Positions 50,556 to 60,361 are shown, counted from the stretch's first letter. The stretch: 64,000 nucleotides of DNA from Candidatus Bathyarchaeota archaeon (GCA_018396535.1 JAGTQC010000002.1:205136-269135), one strand, 5' to 3'. Numbers and translations are program-made. Notes: generated from the letters alone by a model not told the origin.

Positions 50556-51446
50556 TTAGAGCTTCATATCTAGAAATCTCAGAGCGTTTCTACCCATTAT
50601 CTTCCTCACAGTCTCCTCTGATACACCTATAATCTGTCTTAGTATCGATGTATCTCTTTCAATATGCTGCTTCGCATATTCGATTCTATCAGCTCTACAA
50701 TCTGTACCGAAGAGCATGTAGTCTTCAGCACCGTATGCTATAAGTTTTTGAAGAGCGTTTCTACGATAGATTAGAGGTGTACCCGGGGTTATGTCTATGA
50801 ACATACGTATATCCTCCCTACTTCTCCCAAGCTCCCTGATAGTATATGATCTGAATCTACCCCATAGAGCTATACATTCATCAACCCAAGGCCAGCTTAT
50901 ATGGGCTAGAGCGAATCTGAGATCTGGGAAGCTTAGGAGTACTTCGTAGTTTACAGGTCTACAGAATCTAGATGAATCTTTGAAGCCGAATAGTATACCT
51001 GAATGGAATAGTATAGGTATACCTAGCTTCTCAGCTTTCTCGTATACCGGGTACATGAATTCATCATATGGATACCAGTGATCGGGTATCATCTTAACAC
51101 CTCTAACCTCTTTAGAAGTTACAGCCCATTCTAGGATTTGAACAGCATCTTTAAGTCTAGGTTCAAGCCATACGAAGCCTATCACTCTATCTGGAGCCTC
51201 TTTCTGAAGGCTTGCTATAAACTCTATAACCTCCCTCTGCTTCTCTACAGTTACATCTGGGTAGCTGAACTCCATATATCTAGTTACACCAGACTTGGGT
51301 TTAGGGAATATATCCGTCCTACGCATCTCCGATGGGTATGGAGAGAATATTATGGCTTTATCAACTCCAGCTGAATCCATACCCTTTAGAATTGTATCTA
51401 TGGACTCTGACCCTGTACTATGGATATGACAATCTATTATAAGCAT
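50556..51446 (-). CDS. Amidohydrolase family protein (Amidohydro_2)
   Basis: IDCHIH, GVKMIP, PILFHSG, LAHISWPW, LFGTD. Confidence 0.9.
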   Translation of the reverse strand: MLIIDCHIHSTGSESIDTILKGMDSAGVDKAIIFSPYPSEMRRTDIFPKPKSGVTRYMEFSYPDVTVEKQREVIEFIASLQKEAPDRVIGFVWLEPRLKDAVQILEWAVTSKEVRGVKMIPDHWYPYDEFMYPVYEKAEKLGIPILFHSGILFGFKDSSRFCRPVNYEVLLSFPDLRFALAHISWPWVDECIALWGRFRSYTIRELGRSREDIRMFIDITPGTPLIYRRNALQKLIAYGAEDYMLFGTDCRADRIEYAKQHIERDTSILRQIIGVSEETVRKIMGRNALRFLDMKL

Positions 51447-51537
51447 CTATATACACCTAAACCCATACTACCGTTTAAACCGTATATAACGCTTAATTAG
51501 TAGGAGGCGTACTACTAGCTGATGAAGGTGGAGTGTA

Positions 51538-51708
51538 TTGAGGATAGCAGGGCGGGGTAGACTTATATCATGCCCTAAATGCGGGTATAGATTCGATCTA
51601 ACGTATGCTAGAGCATATAGCTGCCAATCATGTCCCGTACTCATAGAGGATCTACACTGTAGCTATGTTAAATGTCCTAAATGCGGCTACGAATTCCCGC
51701 TAGGATAG
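51538..51708 (+). CDS. Small Cys-rich Zn-ribbon protein, 56 aa (not in ORF track)
   Basis: TTG start after GGTGGAG; MRIAGRGRLISCPKCGYRFDLTYARAYSCQSCPVLIEDLHCSYVKCPKCGYEFPLG. Confidence 0.85.
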   Translation: MRIAGRGRLISCPKCGYRFDLTYARAYSCQSCPVLIEDLHCSYVKCPKCGYEFPLG

Positions 51709-51793
51709 AAATAGTAGTAGTACCTGTATTTTAAGCTAGTAGAAAAGGTAAATATTAAAATAGTTGATCGTAGTAACATTTTAACCAAGAGTT

Positions 51794-52990
51794 ATGGGTT
51801 ATAGTAAAGGTGCATTAATATCGGATAGGTTATCTAGAGAAGAGGTAGTAAAAGCTGTAGAGGGGGAGAAGGATAGCCTCTCTAAGATAATTAAAGCTAT
51901 ACATGTATTCGGTCCTAGAAACTACACGGCTATATCTAGGATAACAGGTATTCCTGCAGAAACCGTAAGATACAAGATAAAGACACAGTTGAGGAATAGG
52001 GGTATAAGGGTATATGCTCATGTAGATTATGGTAGAATCGGATTAGCGAGGTATGCTTTGAGATTAAGGTTTAGCCATGAGGTAGAAGCTTATGCACCTA
52101 AGATTCTAGATAAACTAGCTGAGGTAGGCTATCTATACTATTATGGTAGGGTTATACCTAGATGGGAGTATGTATGTAATATAGCATTACCGCCGGATCT
52201 AGAGTTGAAGTATAGGGTATTCCTAGATGGATTGGTGGATAGAAGGATTATAGAATGGTATTCTATGAGTAGGTTAACCTCTGTAAGATACCTATCTATG
52301 GATACTAGGTTTTACGATTTCGATAGGGGTATATGGAGTATACCCTTCGATAGCGAATGCTACAACTATAGGGATGAATTAGAGGTATCTATAGAGGAGG
52401 ATGTATGTAGAGATCCACGTATAGATTCTATAGATCTAAAGATGATAGCATGGAGCCAGGTAGATGCCTATCTCTCACCGACAGATATAGCTAAGAGAAT
52501 TATGTGCGAACCTAAGAAGGCGTTATACCATTACAAGGAGCATATAGTTAAGCAGGGTATAATAAAGAGGTATATAGTATCCGCTGGATGGAGCCAGCAG
52601 GATATGAGGAGTATTATCATCAGGTTTGAAGGTATAGAGAGAGAGGATATAGATGAAGCTAGAAGGGTTATGGAGAGGATACCCTTTACAGTAAGGGATA
52701 CCGTTTCTGAGAATCCAGTAGCTTATACTTCATATCTAGTTATACCTAAGCAGTATATGATACCTGTAATCGAGTATATATCTGAAAGGGTAAGTACCAC
52801 TCTAAAGAAGTGTATGGAATATGAATTGATAGATTCGAAGATTCATCAATCCTATACTATACCATATGAAATGTATGACGATGATGATGGATGGATTTTC
52901 AATGTAAACGATACGTTATATATTATCGAAGAATACGGTAAACTAATGCGATCGGTAGAATACTCAAATACTCCATTACAATATGGTTAG
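51794..52990 (+). CDS. Tandem Lrp/AsnC-like regulator (two wHTH + RAM-like modules)
   Basis: HTH1 NYTAISRITGIPAETVRYKI, VDYGRIGL; HTH2 DSIDLKMI..DIAKRI..ALYHYKEH; each half ends in YDFDRGIW / YDDDDGW. Confidence 0.78.
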   Translation: MGYSKGALISDRLSREEVVKAVEGEKDSLSKIIKAIHVFGPRNYTAISRITGIPAETVRYKIKTQLRNRGIRVYAHVDYGRIGLARYALRLRFSHEVEAYAPKILDKLAEVGYLYYYGRVIPRWEYVCNIALPPDLELKYRVFLDGLVDRRIIEWYSMSRLTSVRYLSMDTRFYDFDRGIWSIPFDSECYNYRDELEVSIEEDVCRDPRIDSIDLKMIAWSQVDAYLSPTDIAKRIMCEPKKALYHYKEHIVKQGIIKRYIVSAGWSQQDMRSIIIRFEGIEREDIDEARRVMERIPFTVRDTVSENPVAYTSYLVIPKQYMIPVIEYISERVSTTLKKCMEYELIDSKIHQSYTIPYEMYDDDDGWIFNVNDTLYIIEEYGKLMRSVEYSNTPLQYG

Positions 52991-52995
52991 CGAAT

Positions 52996-53037
52996 TTAAT
53001 CTATAGGTATAGGTGCACCGATCGGTATTCCGAGCAT
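52996..53037 (-). CDS. Putative 13-aa micropeptide MLGIPIGAPIPID (25 aa if leaderless from ATG 53073)
   Basis: SD GGGGGAGGTG 6 nt before ATG 53037; in-frame upstream ATG 53073; BRE/TATA GAAAAA-TTTAATAA 24 nt upstream of that ATG; TAA at 52996. Confidence 0.55.
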   Translation of the reverse strand: MLGIPIGAPIPID

Positions 53038-53097
53038 ACTATACACCTCCCCCTTTTGGGTAGGGTTATTCATATTTGATGATTTATATCAGTTGGG

Positions 53098-53111
53098 TTA
53101 TTAAATTTTTC
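53098..53111 (-). promoter_or_regulatory. Archaeal BRE + TATA box for the micropeptide transcript
   Basis: Minus strand reads GGGAAAAA TTTAATAA with typical spacing to a start near 53073. Confidence 0.6.
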
Positions 53112-53176
53112 CCTTTTCACAAAGTCTTCTTGGAATATGTTTACGTTTTTTCCGATTTAGACTGATATAGGGGTAT

Positions 53177-53443
53177 ATGGTTTACCTATTTTTCGGTTTG
53201 AGCATCGAAGAACCTATTATGGATGCTATCTCGAGGATACTTTCGAAGCTTGCAGATGGTTTAGATGAGGATACAGTTTCTTCGGATAATGATTCTAGTA
53301 AGTTTATACCTATACTTCTTAGACTTGGCCTACTTGAGATTCGTAGAGTTGGTGGTAGGAATGTATATGTAACTAGTGTTAGAGGTAAGGTTCTGCTCGA
53401 AGAGTATGGATCGTTTAAGAAGAGTTTTTCTAATATTGGCTGA
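53177..53443 (+). CDS. Small winged-helix protein (ArnR1/HTH_45-like; start may be ATG 53219)
   Basis: ILLRLGLLEIRRVGGRNVYVTSVRGKVLLEEY wHTH wing motif. Confidence 0.7.
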   Translation: MVYLFFGLSIEEPIMDAISRILSKLADGLDEDTVSSDNDSSKFIPILLRLGLLEIRRVGGRNVYVTSVRGKVLLEEYGSFKKSFSNIG

Positions 53444-53504
53444 GTGATTTCACATTTAAGCTAAAAAGTTTTATATCACATGATCGAGAATAGTTGAGTG
53501 GAAA

Positions 53505-53831
53505 TTGAGTAAAAGGTTTGAGGATGTATTCGAGGAGGCTGTGGATAGGGGGCTATCTATCGTAGGAAATATCGCTAAAGAAGTCGTTTTACATCTTATG
53601 AGTGAATTCTATGGTGTGAAGAAGGGTTGTATGGGGTCTGATCCGTGTAGGGTTCATGATGCTCTTGTAAGAATACTTGGTGATGGAGCTAAGTTCGCTG
53701 AGAAGAGTATAGTATCGGCTTTATGTGAGCTCATAGGTTTAGAGCCTGTAGCGATTAAGGGGAAGGGGTTCCTTGAAATTATCGAGGAGGCTAGGAGGAT
53801 CTATGAAGAGAAGATTAACCCATCTATTTAG
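53505..53831 (+). CDS. DUF3227/NitrOD5-like small protein
   Basis: EAVDRGLSIVG..AKEVVLHL...DP..HDALVRILGDGAKFAEKSIV. Confidence 0.7.
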   Translation: MSKRFEDVFEEAVDRGLSIVGNIAKEVVLHLMSEFYGVKKGCMGSDPCRVHDALVRILGDGAKFAEKSIVSALCELIGLEPVAIKGKGFLEIIEEARRIYEEKINPSI

Positions 53832-53908
53832 GGTATAACCTTAATAAATAACGTTTATTCTCAACCTATTCTTCGTAGTAGGGTTTTATAGGAAGGGATG
53901 GGGAGGGA

Positions 53909-55849
53909 TTGAGACTATTATTGCTGCATGCGGATAGGTTTGAGTATAGAGTATTGACTCCAGCTTCTAGTGTGAGGGATGAGGTATCGGAGGATTCTAA
54001 GATATTCTCTATAGATGAAGCTCTTGTAGTGTTTACTACGGTGGAATCTAGGGATGAATCTGATGTTGATAGTGTTGTAGGTGAAGCTATCGAAGCTGTA
54101 CGTGAGGTAGCTGGTAAGCTATCTGTAGATAGTATCGTAGTCTATCCCTATGCTCATCTATCATCTAATCTAGCATCACCTACTAGAGCTATCGAGCTAC
54201 TCACCTTATTCGAGAAGAGGTTATCGAGTTTAGGATTTAAAGTTCATAGAGCACCCTTCGGATGGTATAAGAGCTTCTCTATAACGGTTAAGGGTCATCC
54301 GCTTTCGGAGCTTTCTAGGGAGGTTACTGGTAGAGGGTATGCTAGAGTTGAAGCTGAGGCTGGGAGGAAGGGTAAGTTTCATAGATTTCTTATAGTCGAT
54401 ATCGATGGGTCTGTATACGAGTTGGATCCATCAGATTGGAGGGTCTGCCCCGTATTCGCTAGATCTGATCGTAGATATAAGCTTCTAGAGGTATTCGTTA
54501 GGAATGAGCTTGAGGGTAGCCCTGGTAGGGGTAGGCCTAGGCATGTAGAGTATATGCGTAGATTGGAGCTTGTAGATTATTGTCCTGAAAGCGATGCTGG
54601 ACACTTTAAGCTATACCCTAACGGCGTACTAGTATTCGATCTATTGAAGGATTATGCATTCTTTAATGTAGCTCTACCATGGGGTGCTGTAAAGATACAG
54701 AATCCGCTGATCTATAGGGAGAGTGTGAAAGCTATAAGGGATCTTATGGGTGAATTCCATGAGAGGGATTATAGGATACCGATCGAGAATGAGGTTTTCC
54801 TACTTAGATTTGCTTCTGACCCCGGAGCCTTCCCATATGTTCAGAAGATTCAGTTAACGTATAGGCATATGCCGTTTAAAGTCTATGAGGAGGTCCCGTG
54901 CTTTAGGAGGGAGCAGAGGGGTGAGCTTGTAGGTCTTAGGAGGCTTAGATACTTCACTATGACTGATCAACACTGTTTCTGTAGGGATGAGGAGGAGGCT
55001 TTAAGGGAATTCGAGAATTTAACGCTTATGTTTAGAGATCTACTCGATCATGTTATAGCGGGTGGAAACTGGGTTTTAGGATGGGAGTGTGTGGAAGAGT
55101 TCTTCGAGAAGTATAGGGATTGGTTTATCTCTCTATGCGTTAAGGTTGGTGTACCATCGTTCTTTAAGCTTATGCCTAGTATGACTCACTACTATGCGTT
55201 CAAGAATGAATTCCAGGTTATAGGGACGGATGAGGCTAACGTTCAGTTATCGACTGTACAATTCGATGTGAAGAATGGTGAGAGGTTCGGTATAGTCTAT
55301 AGGGATTCAGATGGAGCGGTTAAACCTTGTATAATACTCCATGCCTCATCGCTTGGAAGCTTGGAGCGTACACTCTACGCTCTTATAGAATCTGCTCTAT
55401 ATAGGATGGGGGAGGGTAGGCTCCCCATGTTCCCTGTATGGCTTTCACCAGAGCAGGTTAGACTTATACCTGTATCCCAGAAGCATGTAGGGTTCTGTAT
55501 GGAGATAGCTTCTAAACTCGAATCATCTTCGATAAGGGTTGGTGTAGATGATAGGGATCTAACCGTCTCGAGGAGGGTTATGGAGGCTAAAGCTTCTTGG
55601 ATACCCTATATAATCGTAGTCGGGGATAGGGAGGTGGAGACTGGCATCTTCCCAGTCGTCGTGAGGGGGGAGTCTACGATAGATAGGGATTCTATAATCG
55701 AGATGAGGATCGAGGAGCTGGTAGATAGGGTTAGATCAGAGTGTAAGGGTATGCCTTATAGGCCTCTATATGTTCCTAGGGAGCTTAGTAGGAGGGTGCA
55801 GTTTGTAGCATGGACTCCTAAACCTCTACAACGTATTGGCGGAGGCTAG
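53909..55849 (+). CDS. thrS: Threonine--tRNA ligase, archaeal type with N-terminal editing domain
   Basis: MRLLLLHAD, YPYAHLS, RAPFGWYK, GHPLSELSR, FRREQRGEL, QLSTVQFD, GSLER, WLSPEQVR. Confidence 0.95.
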   Translation: MRLLLLHADRFEYRVLTPASSVRDEVSEDSKIFSIDEALVVFTTVESRDESDVDSVVGEAIEAVREVAGKLSVDSIVVYPYAHLSSNLASPTRAIELLTLFEKRLSSLGFKVHRAPFGWYKSFSITVKGHPLSELSREVTGRGYARVEAEAGRKGKFHRFLIVDIDGSVYELDPSDWRVCPVFARSDRRYKLLEVFVRNELEGSPGRGRPRHVEYMRRLELVDYCPESDAGHFKLYPNGVLVFDLLKDYAFFNVALPWGAVKIQNPLIYRESVKAIRDLMGEFHERDYRIPIENEVFLLRFASDPGAFPYVQKIQLTYRHMPFKVYEEVPCFRREQRGELVGLRRLRYFTMTDQHCFCRDEEEALREFENLTLMFRDLLDHVIAGGNWVLGWECVEEFFEKYRDWFISLCVKVGVPSFFKLMPSMTHYYAFKNEFQVIGTDEANVQLSTVQFDVKNGERFGIVYRDSDGAVKPCIILHASSLGSLERTLYALIESALYRMGEGRLPMFPVWLSPEQVRLIPVSQKHVGFCMEIASKLESSSIRVGVDDRDLTVSRRVMEAKASWIPYIIVVGDREVETGIFPVVVRGESTIDRDSIIEMRIEELVDRVRSECKGMPYRPLYVPRELSRRVQFVAWTPKPLQRIGGG

Positions 55850-56829
55850 CTCTCCTCTAGGTATGTGGTATACCTCATGTAGTCGTCGTATCCTACTTCT
55901 GATATCTCGCTCTGTATTATAAGGTATGCGGCTTGTGGTGGTATTATACCCTTCTCTGTTATTATTAGATCGATATAGTCTGGTGGGGTTACATCGAAGC
56001 TTGGGTTTCTAACAGATACTAGAGGGTATCTCTCTAGGAATTCTTTAGAGACGACTTCATCCGGGCTTCTCTCCTCTATCTTTATAAGCTCACCTATTAT
56101 AGTCTCAGGGCTAAACTTGTATGTTTCAGCTGCTACGAATACCCTAACCCTAGCTTCCTTAGCTGCTAGAGCTATCATAGATGTACCGATCTTATTGACT
56201 ACCGCACCGTTCGATGCTACAGCATCTGCTCCTACGAAGACTTTATCAACCTTCTTCATAAAGAATCTAGCGGCTGAATCTACTATCAATGTTACTGGTA
56301 TACCTGCTTCTGCTAGCTGCATAGCGGTTAGCCTACCCTGGAACTTTGGTCTAGTCTCGGTAGCTATAACCTTTATATCTTTACCCTGACGTTTAGCTTC
56401 GGTGAGTATAGCTATAACCGCTGAGCTATTACAGTGTGTGAGTATGATATCCCCATCTACTATCCTCTTAGAGCCTATCTTAGCGATAACCTTCTTAGCT
56501 TCATCCACCCTTCTAAGGAATTCTCTTCCAGCTTCGATAGATATCTTCCTAAGATCTTCTAAGCCTGCTCCTCTCCTATAGGCTGATAGTACTCTAAACA
56601 TGATGAATCTAACAGCGTTTGGCAGGGATACGGCTGTAGGTCTAGTCGATAGGAGTCTACGCGCAGCTCCATCCATCTCCTTGATGAACTCATCTGGTGT
56701 CGACGCTCTACTCTCCTCAGCTTCTATGATTAGAGCTTCAGCTGCAGCTCTAGCTATAGGTGTAGCTCCGCGTATACGCATCTCTTCTATAGCTTTAGCT
56801 ATTTCTTCAAGCTTAACTGAAAACTTCAT
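55846..56829 (-). CDS. Ribose-1,5-bisphosphate isomerase (eIF-2B-like family)
   Basis: MRIRGA, TRPTAVSLPN, LTHCNS (catalytic Cys), ETRPKFQG, VGADA, NKIGT, NPSFDVTP; start ATG 56829. Confidence 0.9.
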   Translation of the reverse strand: MKFSVKLEEIAKAIEEMRIRGATPIARAAAEALIIEAEESRASTPDEFIKEMDGAARRLLSTRPTAVSLPNAVRFIMFRVLSAYRRGAGLEDLRKISIEAGREFLRRVDEAKKVIAKIGSKRIVDGDIILTHCNSSAVIAILTEAKRQGKDIKVIATETRPKFQGRLTAMQLAEAGIPVTLIVDSAARFFMKKVDKVFVGADAVASNGAVVNKIGTSMIALAAKEARVRVFVAAETYKFSPETIIGELIKIEERSPDEVVSKEFLERYPLVSVRNPSFDVTPPDYIDLIITEKGIIPPQAAYLIIQSEISEVGYDDYMRYTTYLEES

Positions 56830-56941
56830 GATTAGAAAACCCAAATACTATGGTGTTAGCTTCTTTATTAATTTTAGCCTTGGTTGAAGTATACTTTTAG
56901 ATAATGCAGATTGGTATCAGCCTATTGTAGGTAGCTCATCT

Positions 56942-59587
56942 CTATGCAAAGCTGAAGCCGTAAAAGTCGAGTTGAGATAAACCTATAGCTTCGTTAAAAT
57001 CTATATCTAGAGCTTCTAGGATGGGTTGGAATGTCGTTCTAAGATGATCCACGTATTTAGCTACATCTATCTCATCCAGCGATGCTAGCTCGATAGGTTT
57101 AACCCCTATCTTACCGGTAACCTTTACGTAGGATATTATATCACCTACATCAACCTCCTTCCCTATACTCTTGAGTAGTAGAGCTGCTTTGAGATGCTGG
57201 GGTGTGGTCTTCTTGTATGCTTCTATAGGCTTACCTAGCATTATCTTGAAAGCTAGTTCTTCTAACGTTAACTCCTTCTTCTTAAGCTTCATATAGTATT
57301 TCCTAACTAGATCCTTTATCCTCCTCTTCACATCTTCGAATTCTCTATCATTCGTAACCTGTCCTAGTAGTTTAGTCATCTCTGCGAATGCTGTTTTAAG
57401 GAATTCAGGTGTATTACGCTTCTTACCTGTTAATCCTTTAACATCTACGCTTCCATCCTCGTATACGCCTATATAGTTCTTCTTCCTCATACTGAATACC
57501 GTATACCTGTATACCTTATCTACATCGATATCCATGAGGAGGTTTGATCTAACCCACTGGATAAGCTTAGCAACTCTATCAGGGTCGGGTTTCTCTATGA
57601 ATAGGGAGTCTGTATCCCCGTATATCACGTGGAGGCCTAGCCTCCTAGCCTCCTTGATAGTCTCCTCTATAGCGTATCTACCTATAGCTGCTGTAGCTTC
57701 GGCTACGGGTGGACAGTAGAATGCGAAGTTTTCAGCTCCGAATACACCGTACGAGGCGTTGATTAGAACCTTTAAGCTTTCAGATACGGTTGAATACCAG
57801 TCTCTAAGACTTTGTGGTAGACTCTTATCCTTAGCCTTAGATTTATACCATCTTACACGTATATCCTTGAGTGATCCTATTAGTAGGCTTGTAACCCCCT
57901 TCCTCCTCCTACAAACCCAGTGGGCTGTACCTGGTATTATATTCGATCTACATTCCTCGTGGCTGCATCTAACAGTCTCGTAGCTTAGGTTATACCTCTG
58001 CATAGCTGATGGATACATCGATTGGAAGTCTAGGACTGCTATCTGGAAGTGTACTCCTGGCTCAGGTTTTATAACATGGCCTCCACGATACTTTTTACCT
58101 TCTATAACTGCTTTCGTAGTAGCTCCACCCTTAAATTTGAGTAGATCCTCTCTCCTAGGTATCAGCCATCCTCTAGCTCTATGCTCTCTTTCAAGCATAT
58201 TCCTTATCCATCCTGATACGCCTTGCCTACATAGATCCTCTAGGATTGTGCCTGTAACCCTGGATAATACAACCATGAGGTTGAATGTAAGCCAACCCTC
58301 ATACGATAGTAGACCGTATGTTAGCTCAGCATCTCTTAGACAGTATTCTGCTAGTTCACGATAGCTTAGATCTGATATAGGCTTATCTATGGTTATCTTA
58401 CCTACGCCTAGTAGAGCTGATGCTACTCCTTCGAGTGTATTCTCGTAGTATCTGGATTTGAACGCGTATACCTGTATGGATCTATTGAAGAAGAACTTGT
58501 ATAGATCGAGGTGTATACCGTATCTAACAGAGGCTGAATCCCTCGATAGGGTTACAGGTATATCGCTCTTCTGGAATCCTAGACGTTCAGCTCTGTGGAA
58601 TAGGTATCTTAGATCGAAGTCGTCGCCGTTGAACGATACCACCACCGGGTAGCTATCGATCGCTTTGAAAACTTCTTCTAATAGGAGCTTCTCATCCTTA
58701 TAGAATTCTACGGATACTCCTTCCATCCTGAAATCCTCTCTAGGCTTATCATGCTTCTCTAGTAGTAGTATACGCTTCGAGCCTTCAGAATCTACGAGTG
58801 CTACCGCTACTATAGGGTATTCTGCTCTCCTAGGATCCGGTATACGTGAAGGGTATGGGGATGATACCTCTATATCCAGTACTAGATGCTTCATCTTCGG
58901 TACAGGGTATTCAAGCCTCTTCAACCATCTCTCTATAAGCCTCCTCTCCTCTTCATCTACATCTTTGAGTGAATCTATGAATCCTATAGCCTCCCTAGTT
59001 AGATCTACTTCGACCGGTACTAGTCTACCATCAACTATACGGTAGGGCATACACGGTATTATACCTGTATCATACATGTAGCAATCATGATACTTTATGT
59101 TAGCTTCCCAGACTCTAGGCTGTAGGATATCTCTTATAGATCCGGATGGTTTACCCCCTATCGATAACGGATCTTTAGCTATGATCTTAGTCATAACCTT
59201 CTCTTCATCGTTTACGGCATCGTATAGTTTAACCTCTTCGAAGCCCTCCAACCCTTTATGCGAAGCTATCTCTGGTATACGTTTAACCTCATCTATACTC
59301 ATATCTGTTAGACAGTAGGGTTTATGACCGGTGTTATCGTACCAGAAGTATACTCTACTATCCTCTAGGGAGTAGAGTTTAACGTATGCGCATCCTTCAG
59401 CTCCATCATAGTCTACAGATAATACTATGGATGAGCCTAGATTGCTTGGACGCCTATCCTCTATGCTCCTCCTGGATTCCCTATACCCCTCCACCCTTTC
59501 TACCTCTATACCTGGTGGTTTTTCCACTTCTCCACTTCTCTCAGGCTCCTCCTTCTTGTAGAATGAGTCTAGGGTTAGCGGACGCAT
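56942..59587 (-). CDS. polB1: Family B DNA polymerase, PolB1 type
   Basis: WYDNTGHKPYC, PLSIGG, LDIEV, FNGDDFD, LDFQSMYPS, KVLINASYG, YGDTDS, KGLTGKKRNTP; no intein. Confidence 0.95.
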   Translation of the reverse strand: MRPLTLDSFYKKEEPERSGEVEKPPGIEVERVEGYRESRRSIEDRRPSNLGSSIVLSVDYDGAEGCAYVKLYSLEDSRVYFWYDNTGHKPYCLTDMSIDEVKRIPEIASHKGLEGFEEVKLYDAVNDEEKVMTKIIAKDPLSIGGKPSGSIRDILQPRVWEANIKYHDCYMYDTGIIPCMPYRIVDGRLVPVEVDLTREAIGFIDSLKDVDEEERRLIERWLKRLEYPVPKMKHLVLDIEVSSPYPSRIPDPRRAEYPIVAVALVDSEGSKRILLLEKHDKPREDFRMEGVSVEFYKDEKLLLEEVFKAIDSYPVVVSFNGDDFDLRYLFHRAERLGFQKSDIPVTLSRDSASVRYGIHLDLYKFFFNRSIQVYAFKSRYYENTLEGVASALLGVGKITIDKPISDLSYRELAEYCLRDAELTYGLLSYEGWLTFNLMVVLSRVTGTILEDLCRQGVSGWIRNMLEREHRARGWLIPRREDLLKFKGGATTKAVIEGKKYRGGHVIKPEPGVHFQIAVLDFQSMYPSAMQRYNLSYETVRCSHEECRSNIIPGTAHWVCRRRKGVTSLLIGSLKDIRVRWYKSKAKDKSLPQSLRDWYSTVSESLKVLINASYGVFGAENFAFYCPPVAEATAAIGRYAIEETIKEARRLGLHVIYGDTDSLFIEKPDPDRVAKLIQWVRSNLLMDIDVDKVYRYTVFSMRKKNYIGVYEDGSVDVKGLTGKKRNTPEFLKTAFAEMTKLLGQVTNDREFEDVKRRIKDLVRKYYMKLKKKELTLEELAFKIMLGKPIEAYKKTTPQHLKAALLLKSIGKEVDVGDIISYVKVTGKIGVKPIELASLDEIDVAKYVDHLRTTFQPILEALDIDFNEAIGLSQLDFYGFSFA

Positions 59588-59791
59588 AGTAGCTCTATCC
59601 TTTAGAGAATTTATGAGTTGAGTACAGATATTAACGTTAGCATCCTGGAGGATCTATTCTATGTATAGTATCCCGATCTATGTTTCTATGTTTAGGTATA
59701 CCCTGTTATCGCTTCTAACAGTTATACATTTATGGCTTATAGATGTATGATCGCATATATATTCGGGTAGAGGTATAGTCTTGCTAGGTGT

Positions 59792-60361
59792 ATGCCTATG
59801 ATTAGGAGGGAGGTTGTATACTTCGATAAGCCTGGATCTGAGAATACTGATGAAACCTTGAAGGCGGCTAGGGCTAGGCTTGAGGAGCTTGGGATACGTT
59901 ACATGGTTGTAGCTTCTACTAGAGGTTATACAGCTTTTAGAGCTTTAGATATACTAGGGGATCTTAGAGATAGGGTTGATCTTATCGTAGTTACTCATGC
60001 CGGAGCTGTGGAGTATAGGGTTGAGGATCTTGAGAAGCTTAGATCTTCTTGGGCTAGGATTCTCACATGTCCTCATACCCTAGGCTGGACTGTAGGGGAT
60101 TCGTTTAGATCTAGGTATGGGGGAGGGTTTACGGTTGAGCGTATCGTAGCCGATGCTTTGAGAAGGTTTTCTGAAGGTATGAAGGTCGCTGTCGAGATAG
60201 TATTGATGGCTACTGATGCTGGGCTTATACCTCCCGGGGTTGATGTAGTATCTGTAGCTGGGACTGCTAGCGGAGCTGATACTGCTATAATCGTTACATC
60301 AGCTTATAGTAGGGAGTTCTTTAAGCTTAAGGTTAGGGAGATTATAGCTATGCCTAGGTAG
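59792..60361 (+). CDS. Pyruvate-kinase C-terminal-like domain protein (COG1751/MTH1675 family)
   Basis: YFDKPGSENTDETL, VVASTRG, GMKVAVEIVLMATDAG, GADTA, VREIIAMP. Confidence 0.88.
   Translation: MPMIRREVVYFDKPGSENTDETLKAARARLEELGIRYMVVASTRGYTAFRALDILGDLRDRVDLIVVTHAGAVEYRVEDLEKLRSSWARILTCPHTLGWTVGDSFRSRYGGGFTVERIVADALRRFSEGMKVAVEIVLMATDAGLIPPGVDVVSVAGTASGADTAIIVTSAYSREFFKLKVREIIAMPR

Noticed and set aside
56942-59587. Intein or mobile-element polymerase
   Set aside because: Normal PolB1 length with continuous motifs, in a housekeeping context.
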